From a virus (taxonomy: Duplodnaviria; Caudoviricetes): a stretch of DNA of 59,048 bases. The translations under genes were made by a program, and so were the position numbers. The stretch covers positions 1 through 59,048 of IMG/VR virus record IMGVR_UViG_3300047550_004734; one strand, 5' to 3'. Below are positions 8,985 to 17,078 of the stretch, piece after piece (position 1 is the stretch's first letter; every line of letters starts with the position of its first letter). Under the pieces are notes generated by a model. It did not search any database. It was not told the DNA's origin and worked only from the letters and a program-made list of their open reading frames with translations.

Positions 8985-10274
8985 TTAATAAGTACTTGCT
9001 TTTTTTGCCTTATACTTATTTATAAAATTAACTCCATATGCCTTACCTCCTTTTTGGAGATTTTGTTTATTTGTTCCAATTGCTCCTGGAGTTAGTGAAG
9101 CATAATGTTTAAAGGCACCTAAAGTTCCAACAAGAGTATTAGGGTGTTTATTGTCTCTCATTGGACTATCCATTTGAACTTCAGTATATTCTTTTACATC
9201 TTTAATCCAAGACTTAAACATTACATCTTCTTCGGTCACACAAATTAAATAATTAGTTCCCCTACGAATAACTTTTCCTACCAATCCAGTATTCATATTT
9301 TCAATAGTATCACCAATTCTATAAATTTTATTACGAATATAGTTTTCTCTTAAATTTTTATAGTCTAATTCCGGGGCAATTTCCCAAAGATTATAATTTT
9401 CTTTCACATTTTCCTTAAATCCCATTGCCTTTCTAAGTTCATTAAAAAGTTTTCTAGCATCCACTTCGTCAATATTTTTAGGAATTCCTCTTTTAAATTC
9501 TCTAAAATTATTATCTGCTGCATTTTTTCTCATCATTCCTGAAGAAATACCAGAAATATCTTTTTCACCATCAAACCCTCCAGTAGGGACTACTTTTATT
9601 TCTTTAAATTGATATATTTTGCCGTTATGCTTATTAGCTAAATTTTGAACTTCAGATTGTCTTTCTGAACCAACTACAATATTTACATTTGAATATCCAT
9701 CTTCATTTGCCGCGATTAAAACATCAAATATAGTTTTCATTTCTGGATTATTCACAATATCATCTTTAAACTTGGGATACATCATTTTCAAATAATATAT
9801 CTTTCTATTTGGAGTCAATGGATTCTTTTTAGAATCTTGAGTTCTTGAAGGATATATTCTAATCTCTCCACCCAAAGAAACTCTTTTAGCAGTATCAAAT
9901 AATTTCTTATGTTCTTTTGTTGGAGGATTAAACCAACCAAATACCACTGTTAAAAATTCATCCTCTCCCGGCAATTCTTCTTGAGGTTTAGTTCCTGCCC
10001 GTTGAGGAAGAATTTGCTGAGTTGCTACTTGCTGTTGTTGTGATGGTTGTGCTGCTACTTGTTTGGTTGCACCAGCTTTTGGTGGAATATCTCTTTGCCC
10101 TACTCTTTGTCCTTTATTAAAAAACTCAAGTTTTCCCCCAACAGTTTTTGCTACAAACTCTCCTTGAGAGTTGTACCAATCTCCGTGACCGTCTCCAACA
10201 AGACCAAGCTTTTTCGCTTGCTCCGATGCTCTTGTTTCTTTTGCTTCCAGTAAAAATTTAGAAAAACTTTTCAT
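8985..10274 (-). CDS. cytidylyltransferase-like (HIGH superfamily) protein
   Basis: FGWFNPPTKEHKKL, SRTQDSKKNPL, VVGSER and ISSGMMRK resemble the cyanophage cytidyltransferase family. Confidence 0.85.
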   Translation of the reverse strand: MKSFSKFLLEAKETRASEQAKKLGLVGDGHGDWYNSQGEFVAKTVGGKLEFFNKGQRVGQRDIPPKAGATKQVAAQPSQQQQVATQQILPQRAGTKPQEELPGEDEFLTVVFGWFNPPTKEHKKLFDTAKRVSLGGEIRIYPSRTQDSKKNPLTPNRKIYYLKMMYPKFKDDIVNNPEMKTIFDVLIAANEDGYSNVNIVVGSERQSEVQNLANKHNGKIYQFKEIKVVPTGGFDGEKDISGISSGMMRKNAADNNFREFKRGIPKNIDEVDARKLFNELRKAMGFKENVKENYNLWEIAPELDYKNLRENYIRNKIYRIGDTIENMNTGLVGKVIRRGTNYLICVTEEDVMFKSWIKDVKEYTEVQMDSPMRDNKHPNTLVGTLGAFKHYASLTPGAIGTNKQNLQKGGKAYGVNFINKYKAKKASTY

Positions 10275-10297
10275 TCTATATGGTTTCTAAGTATTTA

Positions 10298-10987
10298 TTA
10301 ACGACTTGCATTTAAGATAAAATTTAAATTTAAATCTAAATCATAATTTGATTTTGGAATTGAAGTGTTTATCACAAGCGAAGTAGTAAATCTATAATTA
10401 CCTCCACCACTTCCTTTTCTCCTTATTCTTAGTTTTTGATCTCTTGGGTTAAACTCAGGAACACCAAGTTTTGCTTTATCTTTTCCGAGATAATAAAATC
10501 CGTGCATTTCTCCAATCTGAATGTAGTAAATATCTTTACTATTGTAATATTCCGATATTGGATTTCTTCCCCTAAGAGATAAAAATTTATCAGGAAAATT
10601 TTTTCTATCCTCTGCAATTTCTTTTTGCGTCAAAACCCTAGGTTTTGCTCCAATATCATTCTTACCAACCTTATTTGGAATTTTAGTCCATTCTTTGTTT
10701 GCAAACTTATCAACTTCATAATAATCTAACAATTCTTTCATTTTTAAATTTTCCGCATAACAAATCCATTTTTTATTATTAAAATCATATCTCAAAGTAC
10801 CTTGTCCAAAATCTGCATCAAGATTTAGTTTTATTTCTAAATTATAAAATTTACCATTCACAGAAAAAGCTGTGTCTGGTTTAATAGTATTAGAAGAAGC
10901 TGGTTTATAAGAATTATTTGTTAATCCTTCTTCCAATAAAGTCTTGAAAATATGATTTTCATAGGCAAACCCCCTCTCTCCCGCCAT
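10298..10987 (-). CDS. putative PD-(D/E)XK endonuclease
   Basis: GFAYE helix, PD (IKPDT) and ExK (LEIK) motifs in the expected order. Confidence 0.65.
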   Translation of the reverse strand: MAGERGFAYENHIFKTLLEEGLTNNSYKPASSNTIKPDTAFSVNGKFYNLEIKLNLDADFGQGTLRYDFNNKKWICYAENLKMKELLDYYEVDKFANKEWTKIPNKVGKNDIGAKPRVLTQKEIAEDRKNFPDKFLSLRGRNPISEYYNSKDIYYIQIGEMHGFYYLGKDKAKLGVPEFNPRDQKLRIRRKGSGGGNYRFTTSLVINTSIPKSNYDLDLNLNFILNASR

Positions 10988-11026
10988 AAAAAAAATCCCC
11001 CTTTCTTTTATTTAGAAAGAGGGGAT
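10988..11026 (-). promoter_or_regulatory. hairpin/terminator containing a late promoter and sequestering the SD
   Basis: ATCCCCTCTTTCT-AAATAAA-AGAAAGGGGGAT, then a T run and the ATG; TAAATA at 11014-11009. Confidence 0.7.
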
Positions 11027-11047
11027 ATAAATTTATTTTATTTAATA

Positions 11048-11737
11048 TCAACCAAGAATACTTGCAATCCAATCTTCGCTCATATTAATCATGATTCTTT
11101 CTGCAGATTCTACGTTAGACGCATAACCCTCATCAAGAAGGTGTGAAAGGATGATGTCGTAGATATCCACTTGTTCTTTACGAATAATCTCCCTTGAGAG
11201 TTTTGATTTTTTTCTTGGATAAGTAACTGCTTGTGGTTCACCAGCACCTTTTACAACACGAGTAACTTCTGCAGCATGACGGCTTCCATACTCTCTTGCC
11301 ATTTGACCCGTCATTCTCTTTCCATAAGGCTTTTCACGGTCCATTCTTTGCGAAACAGTTTCAGTTTCACCACCTTTTCTCTTAAGTGCTGAAGATGGTG
11401 TTGCTCTATCTTTCCAATCCTTAAACTTATCTTCTGGACCATAACCACTCTGACCTTTTGCAGATGCTACCTTTTTTTGTGCTGCTTTTTTTTCTCCTGC
11501 TCTGATTTCTGCTTGAGTTGGATTTGGGCGATATGCCTTGACTCCAGGTGCTCTTTCCTCTTCAACATATGCTTCATAAAGTTCTGCCCAAGTATATTCA
11601 CTCAAGTCATAATCTTCTTCTACAAGTGAATTTATCCAATTTTCAAAATCTTGTTTTTCTTCTAGTTCCTCACGAAGATTTTGATTATAAACTGCATGAT
11701 ATGCAGTTACACACTCTCTTAGAATTTTTGAATCCAT
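11048..11737 (-). CDS. hypothetical protein, DIYDIILSHLLDEGYA family
   Basis: 229 aa; paralog of 14246..14728; TATAAATA at 11773-11766. Confidence 0.85.
   Translation of the reverse strand: MDSKILRECVTAYHAVYNQNLREELEEKQDFENWINSLVEEDYDLSEYTWAELYEAYVEEERAPGVKAYRPNPTQAEIRAGEKKAAQKKVASAKGQSGYGPEDKFKDWKDRATPSSALKRKGGETETVSQRMDREKPYGKRMTGQMAREYGSRHAAEVTRVVKGAGEPQAVTYPRKKSKLSREIIRKEQVDIYDIILSHLLDEGYASNVESAERIMINMSEDWIASILG
11121..11172. repeat. 52-bp dispersed direct repeat, copy 1
   Basis: 48/52 identical to 14469..14520 by manual alignment. Confidence 0.9.
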
Positions 11738-11778
11738 TTTTATAAATTTAAGGTTCTAATAACTTTATTTATAAAAAT

Positions 11779-11800
11779 AAAAACCTCCCGAAGGAGGTTT
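11779..11800 (-). terminator. intrinsic terminator
   Basis: AAACCTCC-TTCG-GGAGGTTT stem with UUCG loop and a short T run. Confidence 0.85.
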
Positions 11801-11803
11801 CAA

Positions 11804-11971
11804 TCATGCAACTGCCTTTTCAAGTTCAGTATCAATTTGATTCATTACTTCACGAAGTCTTACAATTCTTTCTGGCGCAAATTCTACACTATATCCAGCA
11901 GTCGCACCATCAAGGACTTGAAGAACTTCAAGTGCCGATTTTACATCAAGTTTAAGAGTTACTTTACTCAT
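11804..11971 (-). CDS. small hypothetical protein (55 aa)
   Basis: Not in the ORF track. MSKVTLKLDVKSALEVLQVLDGATAGYSVEFAPERIVRLREVMNQIDTELEKAVA; ATGA overlap with the mazG stop. Confidence 0.8.
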   Translation of the reverse strand: MSKVTLKLDVKSALEVLQVLDGATAGYSVEFAPERIVRLREVMNQIDTELEKAVA

Positions 11972-12381
11972 AGATCTCCCTCAACACGATTTTCAGAGCG
12001 ATAAACATCAAAACTCCCTTCAGGATAACGAGCACTCAGTTTCTCATAGTTCATCTTGAGAATCTCTTCGAAGTTAGTATCAAGTGCCATAAATGCTTGA
12101 GACAGATACCAACAGATGTCTCCAAGTTCACGCTTTAGATGAAAAGCATTTTCTTCATTATAAGGTTTGCCCTGAAGAAAAATCTTTTTGACAACTTCAG
12201 TAAACTCACCTGCTTCAGCACTCATACCAAGAGCAGCGGTCAGAAGACGAGGAACATCAGCGTCAGTACTTGCTTCAAGTTCAGTCATACGAGTAAGCAA
12301 AGTAGCAAAATCACTACTAGCAGGACTTGTGGTTTGACGAACGAATTCAATATATTTGTTCGTATCAATAACTTGTGTCAT
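11968..12381 (-). CDS. mazG: MazG nucleoside triphosphate pyrophosphohydrolase
   Basis: EAGEFTEVVKK..ELGDICWY..NYEKLSARYP. True start is MTQVIDT at 12381, just after the gp41-C stop. Confidence 0.93.
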   Translation of the reverse strand: MTQVIDTNKYIEFVRQTTSPASSDFATLLTRMTELEASTDADVPRLLTAALGMSAEAGEFTEVVKKIFLQGKPYNEENAFHLKRELGDICWYLSQAFMALDTNFEEILKMNYEKLSARYPEGSFDVYRSENRVEGDL

Positions 12382-12382
12382 A

Positions 12383-13552
12383 TTAGAATTTAAATCCTTC
12401 AAATGATTTTTTGGGTTTTCTTTCTTCATAATCATACTCTTCATCCTTTCCATTGTCAAGAATATCTTCCTGAGCAGATTGTTCGCAGTCATAAAGACGC
12501 ATTTTTGCTCTATCAATTCCAAGTACAAAACGCTTATGAATGGTTGGATCATTATAACGATTCTTCAGTTGTTTTACAAGAATCTGTCCCAGTCCCTCCA
12601 ATTCTTCAGTACTGATAAGAGCAAACATCAAGTCAGCAGTAGCAGGAAGACCAAAAGACTCAGAAGTATCAGTTAATTCTATGTCAGATGACCCAAAACC
12701 AGATCTAGTCGTTTGTGTCGCACTGACGATTGGAACATTAAACTCTACAGCAAGACCGCGAAGTTCTTCTGCAATGGCTTTCACAAATGTATATGAATTG
12801 ATATTACTGTTTCCTTTGTATCTACTAGAAGCACAGATATTCAGATAATCAATAAAAATAATGTCTGGATGAAATGACTTCTTAAGAGAAAGTTCGTTAA
12901 GAAGCGACTTGAAATGTCCAGCATGTGCAGAAGCAGTTGGGTACTCTTTAATAATTAAAGTTCCTTGCGTCTTTTTTGCAAGATTATTTACCTTATTTTC
13001 AAACATCTGTTTAGGAAGATTCACAATATCTTGAATAGGAACATTCAAGAGGTTTGCATCAATTCTTTCAGCAATACGTTCTTCTGCCATTTCCAACGTA
13101 ATGTACAGAACGTTCCGTCCTTGGAGAAGAACTGATGCTGCTACGTGACACATAAACAAAGATTTTCCAACTCCAGTATTATGAGAAGAAATACCATTAG
13201 TATAATACCTATGATTTGGATGATTTACATTAATATCCACAATAGGTATTTGATTTCCTGTTTTAAATACACTACCAAGTTTATATCCATTTTCCGTTAG
13301 AAAATGCATTATCTGGTATTTTTCATAAAGATGAGATGCTTTCATCCATCCAAAAGATGTTTCAAATAAATGATCTGCATTACATTTGATTGGTTCATAT
13401 CCATCAACCTTTAAAACATATTCATCATACATTCCCTTATTAATGAAAAAATTAACAGGAACATATCCATCGGGTGAATCAACTTCTACCTCATATCCAT
13501 TATCAAGTAATGTTTTGATTTCAGCAATTGATGTTTCTTTTTCAATCCACAT
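12383..13552 (-). CDS. gp41: gp41 replicative helicase C-terminal half fused to C-intein
   Basis: 125-aa intein piece ending SHN, then TGVGKS, ITLEMAEE, IFIDYLNI, SATQTTR, SESFGLPATAD and KNRY helicase motifs. Confidence 0.95.
   Translation of the reverse strand: MWIEKETSIAEIKTLLDNGYEVEVDSPDGYVPVNFFINKGMYDEYVLKVDGYEPIKCNADHLFETSFGWMKASHLYEKYQIMHFLTENGYKLGSVFKTGNQIPIVDINVNHPNHRYYTNGISSHNTGVGKSLFMCHVAASVLLQGRNVLYITLEMAEERIAERIDANLLNVPIQDIVNLPKQMFENKVNNLAKKTQGTLIIKEYPTASAHAGHFKSLLNELSLKKSFHPDIIFIDYLNICASSRYKGNSNINSYTFVKAIAEELRGLAVEFNVPIVSATQTTRSGFGSSDIELTDTSESFGLPATADLMFALISTEELEGLGQILVKQLKNRYNDPTIHKRFVLGIDRAKMRLYDCEQSAQEDILDNGKDEEYDYEERKPKKSFEGFKF
13178..13552 (-). mobile_element. split intein C-fragment (125 aa)
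   Basis: Block B-like CNADHLF, block F-like IVDINV, block G YYTNGISSHN followed by Thr+1; no endonuclease domain. Confidence 0.93.
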
Positions 13553-13556
13553 TTTA

Positions 13557-13564
13557 TATAAATA
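13557..13564 (+). promoter_or_regulatory. late promoter for the HNH endonuclease
   Basis: Exact TATAAATA 22 nt upstream of ATG 13587, followed by SD-like CAGGGA twice. Confidence 0.8.
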
Positions 13565-13586
13565 ATAGTATTAGCAGGGACAGGGA

Positions 13587-14249
13587 ATGTTTGATCGTAT
13601 CTATTCTAACTTATGCGACAGCAATAAGTCAAGGAAAGACGACTATAAAAAATATTCTGGATTACACGAACATCATATTGTTCCTAAACATATGGGAGGG
13701 ACAGATAAAGACTGTAACCTTACATATTTAAATGTTAGAGAACATATCATAGCACATTATTTGTTATGGAAAATATACAAAAATCCAAATGATTTAAGGT
13801 CTATGAAAATGTTAGGAGCAAACTTATCTCCACAACACAGAAGAATAACAGGAGAGTTTTGTAGAGATAATGAAATTGGTTTGTTTTCCACACCAATAGA
13901 AGAAAGAAGAGAATGGATGTCTAAAGGAATAGAAACACAAAAACAAGAATACTTACAAAACAACACTAAAAACTTTTACTATTGGAGCACAGAAGAAGGA
14001 AGAAAAGAAAGAGCATCACTTGGAGGAAAGCAAAGAGCATCCAAAGAATTTAATTACTGGGCGTCCAATCAAGGGAGAAAAGAAAGAGCATCTCTTGGCG
14101 GAAAAGCACACAAAGGTAAAAAAGTAATGCACTTACCAGGAACAAAAGGATGGAAAAGAATATTACCAGAAGATATTGATATTAAACTAAATGAAGGTTG
14201 GAAGTTTGGAACTGGAGAACCAGCACCAAATTCTAAAGTTAGAAATTAA
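13587..14249 (+). CDS. free-standing HNH homing endonuclease (Mob-like)
   Basis: HEHHIVPKHMGG..NLTYL..EHIIAHYLLWK; the only convincing plus-strand gene in the window. Confidence 0.9.
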   Translation: MFDRIYSNLCDSNKSRKDDYKKYSGLHEHHIVPKHMGGTDKDCNLTYLNVREHIIAHYLLWKIYKNPNDLRSMKMLGANLSPQHRRITGEFCRDNEIGLFSTPIEERREWMSKGIETQKQEYLQNNTKNFYYWSTEEGRKERASLGGKQRASKEFNYWASNQGRKERASLGGKAHKGKKVMHLPGTKGWKRILPEDIDIKLNEGWKFGTGEPAPNSKVRN

Positions 14250-14728
14250 CTAATTAAAGGAACCCCTATTGCTCCAAGTGCCGTTGTTACAGCAAATCTT
14301 TTTGCTTTTTTATAAGCATCGGAATTCCTTACTTCTTTACCAACTTTTTTTAATGCTCTTTTTGCAAGTTCAGTTTTCCAACCTTCACCAAGCATTTCAT
14401 CAACAATACTCTCTCTCCACTCTTCGCTCATATTTACCATAATTGCTTGTGCAGATTCTATAGTTTCTGCATATCCCTCATCAAGAAGATGTGAGAGGAT
14501 GATGTCGTAAATATCCACTTCTTCACCAATTCCTCTATCGTTCCATGCTTTTTTTTCTCTTGAGGACATTTGTTGTAAGGTTGATTTTCTAGTATTCATA
14601 TAACCAGCAGGTGCCTTACGATCATACTTTGATTGTCCTTTAGGTGGAGTTGCATCTTGTTCTTCATCAAGGTCTTGATAAACTCCTAAATATGCTTCTT
14701 GAAGACTACGAAAATCTTGTGCGTCCAT
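14246..14728 (-). CDS. hypothetical protein, DIYDIILSHLLDEGYA family, cargo inside the split gp41 locus
   Basis: 160 aa; paralog of 11048..11737; ATAAATA about 20 nt upstream. Confidence 0.85.
   Translation of the reverse strand: MDAQDFRSLQEAYLGVYQDLDEEQDATPPKGQSKYDRKAPAGYMNTRKSTLQQMSSREKKAWNDRGIGEEVDIYDIILSHLLDEGYAETIESAQAIMVNMSEEWRESIVDEMLGEGWKTELAKRALKKVGKEVRNSDAYKKAKRFAVTTALGAIGVPLIS
14469..14520. repeat. 52-bp dispersed direct repeat, copy 2
   Basis: 48/52 identical to 11121..11172. Confidence 0.9.
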
Positions 14729-14734
14729 TTTTTT

Positions 14735-15376
14735 TTACACTATGCTTTTATTTATTTTAAATCTAATTCTAACTTTGGTTTCTGGATGAACGCAACCAGC
14801 AAGAGCGATATTGAGAGTTTTGTTAGGGAGACCACCTTTCGTGATTTTATTAAAGTAATCAAGATCAAATTCAATTTTATCCTCCTTTTTATGATAAGAT
14901 TCATATCGTTGTTCGTAGTCTTCCAAGTAATCATGACCGATATGATTATCAAAACTTACAGCAAGAGCATCGGAAAGAATAGAAGGAATGCTATCACGAT
15001 TTTTCTTTTCATCTTTACCGTCAGCAATGTGAATGGCTTCAATAAGAGCAAGATAAATTGCTCGATCACGACACCATTTTTCTGTTGTTGAAACTAACCA
15101 GTTCATTTCAACAGGCACATCTTCCAAACAAGAAATCAATTGAAGTATTTCCTTAAAAGAAGTTTCATTAATGTCTTTACGTTTTTCTACTTCGATACAA
15201 AGAACTTCTTTAGTTGCTAAGCTATTATATTCGGAAACAAAATCAAGAATTTCTTCAAAAACAATCTTCTGATTTTGATCTTCAAAATACTCAGATTTTA
15301 TAAAAGGTAACACTTTACGGATATATTCTTCATTATAGAGGAGATTTCTTAAAATTAAAAATTCAATTTTTTCCAT
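14735..15376 (-). CDS. gp41: gp41 replicative helicase N-terminal half fused to N-intein
   Basis: MEKIEFLILRNL..TEKWCRDRAIY..AVSFDNHIGHDY..KITKGGLPNKTLNIALAG, then CVHPETKV and a stop. Start 15376 preferred. Confidence 0.95.
   Translation of the reverse strand: MEKIEFLILRNLLYNEEYIRKVLPFIKSEYFEDQNQKIVFEEILDFVSEYNSLATKEVLCIEVEKRKDINETSFKEILQLISCLEDVPVEMNWLVSTTEKWCRDRAIYLALIEAIHIADGKDEKKNRDSIPSILSDALAVSFDNHIGHDYLEDYEQRYESYHKKEDKIEFDLDYFNKITKGGLPNKTLNIALAGCVHPETKVRIRFKINKSIV
14738..14794 (-). mobile_element. split intein N-fragment (19 aa)
   Basis: CVHPETKVRIRFKINKSIV matches intein block A (C-h-x-x-E-T-x-V) directly after the Walker A Gly. Confidence 0.9.
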
Positions 15377-16025
15377 AGTTAAAAGCAAATGATATACTCA
15401 TTCTAACCTTATTTTCTCTAAAAGGAAGAACTGTGTGAATAAGATATGTTGGAAATAAAACCAATATAGATGGAGTTGGATATAAGTGATAAAAATCTAG
15501 ATTATATGGAGAAGGTTTATCTTTCAATAGATGTACTTTTAATCCATATGAAGGGTCTTGAAAAACTAAAGATCCACCATTGATATTATCCCAAGTACCT
15601 GCTTTAATGGGATTTCCTTTAGTATAATTAAATTTCCAATCCTCACCTTGAATAGATTCTATTGGATAATAAACCCCAGCAAGAGCACTAGTTCCGTGAT
15701 GGTGAGAAAAATTAAAGTCTCCACTTTGATTAATATTTGCCCATAAATCAGTACAAACTAATCCAGTTTTATATCCGTGCTGTTTACAATACAAATCACC
15801 ACACTTAGTCAGAATTGAACACAACTCAGAATAACTTTCATATTTATTTTCTAAATCTGGTTTGCTATGCCAACCACCAACGTTACTATGATCCTCACCA
15901 GATGGATCTTTGTTTTGCTCAATTAAAGTATCTTCGACAAGTTTGATATTTAATTCATGATTTTGTTTTCCAAAGTTAACAATGCCTATAGGAATTGGAA
16001 ATAATGGAACGGAATTAAGATCCAT
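15363..16025 (-). CDS. putative 2OG-Fe(II) oxygenase
   Basis: LFPIPI, SNVGGWHS, WANIN..HHHG, LVLFPTYLIHTVLP..RMSISF. Start MDLNS at 16025 preferred. Confidence 0.85.
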   Translation of the reverse strand: MDLNSVPLFPIPIGIVNFGKQNHELNIKLVEDTLIEQNKDPSGEDHSNVGGWHSKPDLENKYESYSELCSILTKCGDLYCKQHGYKTGLVCTDLWANINQSGDFNFSHHHGTSALAGVYYPIESIQGEDWKFNYTKGNPIKAGTWDNINGGSLVFQDPSYGLKVHLLKDKPSPYNLDFYHLYPTPSILVLFPTYLIHTVLPFRENKVRMSISFAFNYGKN

Positions 16026-17031
16026 AACTAAATTCTTCTCTTGCAATACCATCAAGTTTTTGCATCACATCTTCAGTAAAATATTTTTCAGGTTCTTTCA
16101 TGATTTGTTTTGCATAGACTTTTTTGGTTTCTCCCTCAACTTCAATTTCATAGCGTCCTGCTGTATTTTTCCACAAACCACCAATCTCACCGAGTTCAAG
16201 TAATCCATAATATCTATCCAGACCGCGTTCATCATAAAACAGACGAATCTCAACATCTTTATTTTCTTTACTCAAACGCGATTTAGCAGTCTTAGCCTTG
16301 ATAATATTGCCGACCACTTCCGTTCCATCCTTTTCTTTCTTTTTGCTGAGATAAATGATCGTAGACGCTGCGTACTTGAGTCCGCTGCCTCCCCCCATTT
16401 CCTTAGTTGGTACATAAGCTCCGATAACATCATAGGTGTGATTGGTAACGATCATTGGAATATTTGCTTGACCAAGTTTTAAGGTAAGCATACGGAATGC
16501 ACCTTTAATTAGTTGTGATTTGGTCATGTCACGAACTTCTTTATCATTCAGAGCATCGTTAATCTCTTTGCTGGTTGAAAGCATTCCCAGAGAGTCTAGC
16601 ACAAACATACAAGGATTGCGTTCTCCTTCAGGTTTTTTCATATAAAGATCAACTGCCTTAAGTGCTTTAGTGCGAAACTCTTCAACAGTAACCACATTTA
16701 CAACCACAAGACGTTGTGTATCTACACCACGACTCTCTAAAAGAGATTTAGTGATAGCGGCCTCAGTATCAAAGTAGAGACAATAACCATCGGGGTTATT
16801 ATCCAGAAAATTCTTAACCACAGCGAGAGAGAAGAAAGTCTTTCCAGTAGAAGACTCTCCAGCAATAGCAGTAATCTTATTCCCAGATACACCACCAAAT
16901 ATACTCCCTGAAACCAGTGCATTAAAAATGTACGAACCTGTGTCAACATAACGTTCAGTCTCATCAATTTCAGAAGCAAGTTGTGTATATTCTCCCCCAA
17001 TCTCTTTTACAATATCTTTTAAAAAGTCCAT
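16015..17031 (-). CDS. uvsX: RecA-like recombinase
   Basis: Walker A GESSTGKT, YFDTE, VLDSLG, MGGGSGLKYAAS. Confidence 0.97.
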   Translation of the reverse strand: MDFLKDIVKEIGGEYTQLASEIDETERYVDTGSYIFNALVSGSIFGGVSGNKITAIAGESSTGKTFFSLAVVKNFLDNNPDGYCLYFDTEAAITKSLLESRGVDTQRLVVVNVVTVEEFRTKALKAVDLYMKKPEGERNPCMFVLDSLGMLSTSKEINDALNDKEVRDMTKSQLIKGAFRMLTLKLGQANIPMIVTNHTYDVIGAYVPTKEMGGGSGLKYAASTIIYLSKKKEKDGTEVVGNIIKAKTAKSRLSKENKDVEIRLFYDERGLDRYYGLLELGEIGGLWKNTAGRYEIEVEGETKKVYAKQIMKEPEKYFTEDVMQKLDGIAREEFSYGS

Positions 17032-17078
17032 TGTTTTCCTCAGATTTAAATAATTTGTTTTTTAAATTAATAGTTTTA

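Noticed and set aside
12382-12552. N-terminal extension of MazG in the ORF track
   Set aside because: It overlaps gp41-C in another frame; MazG similarity starts at 12381.
13553-14734. Group I intron or frameshift as the explanation for the gp41 break
   Set aside because: Both halves carry intein terminal motifs with their own stop and start codons, and the gap is fully occupied by two genes, leaving no room for a ribozyme core.
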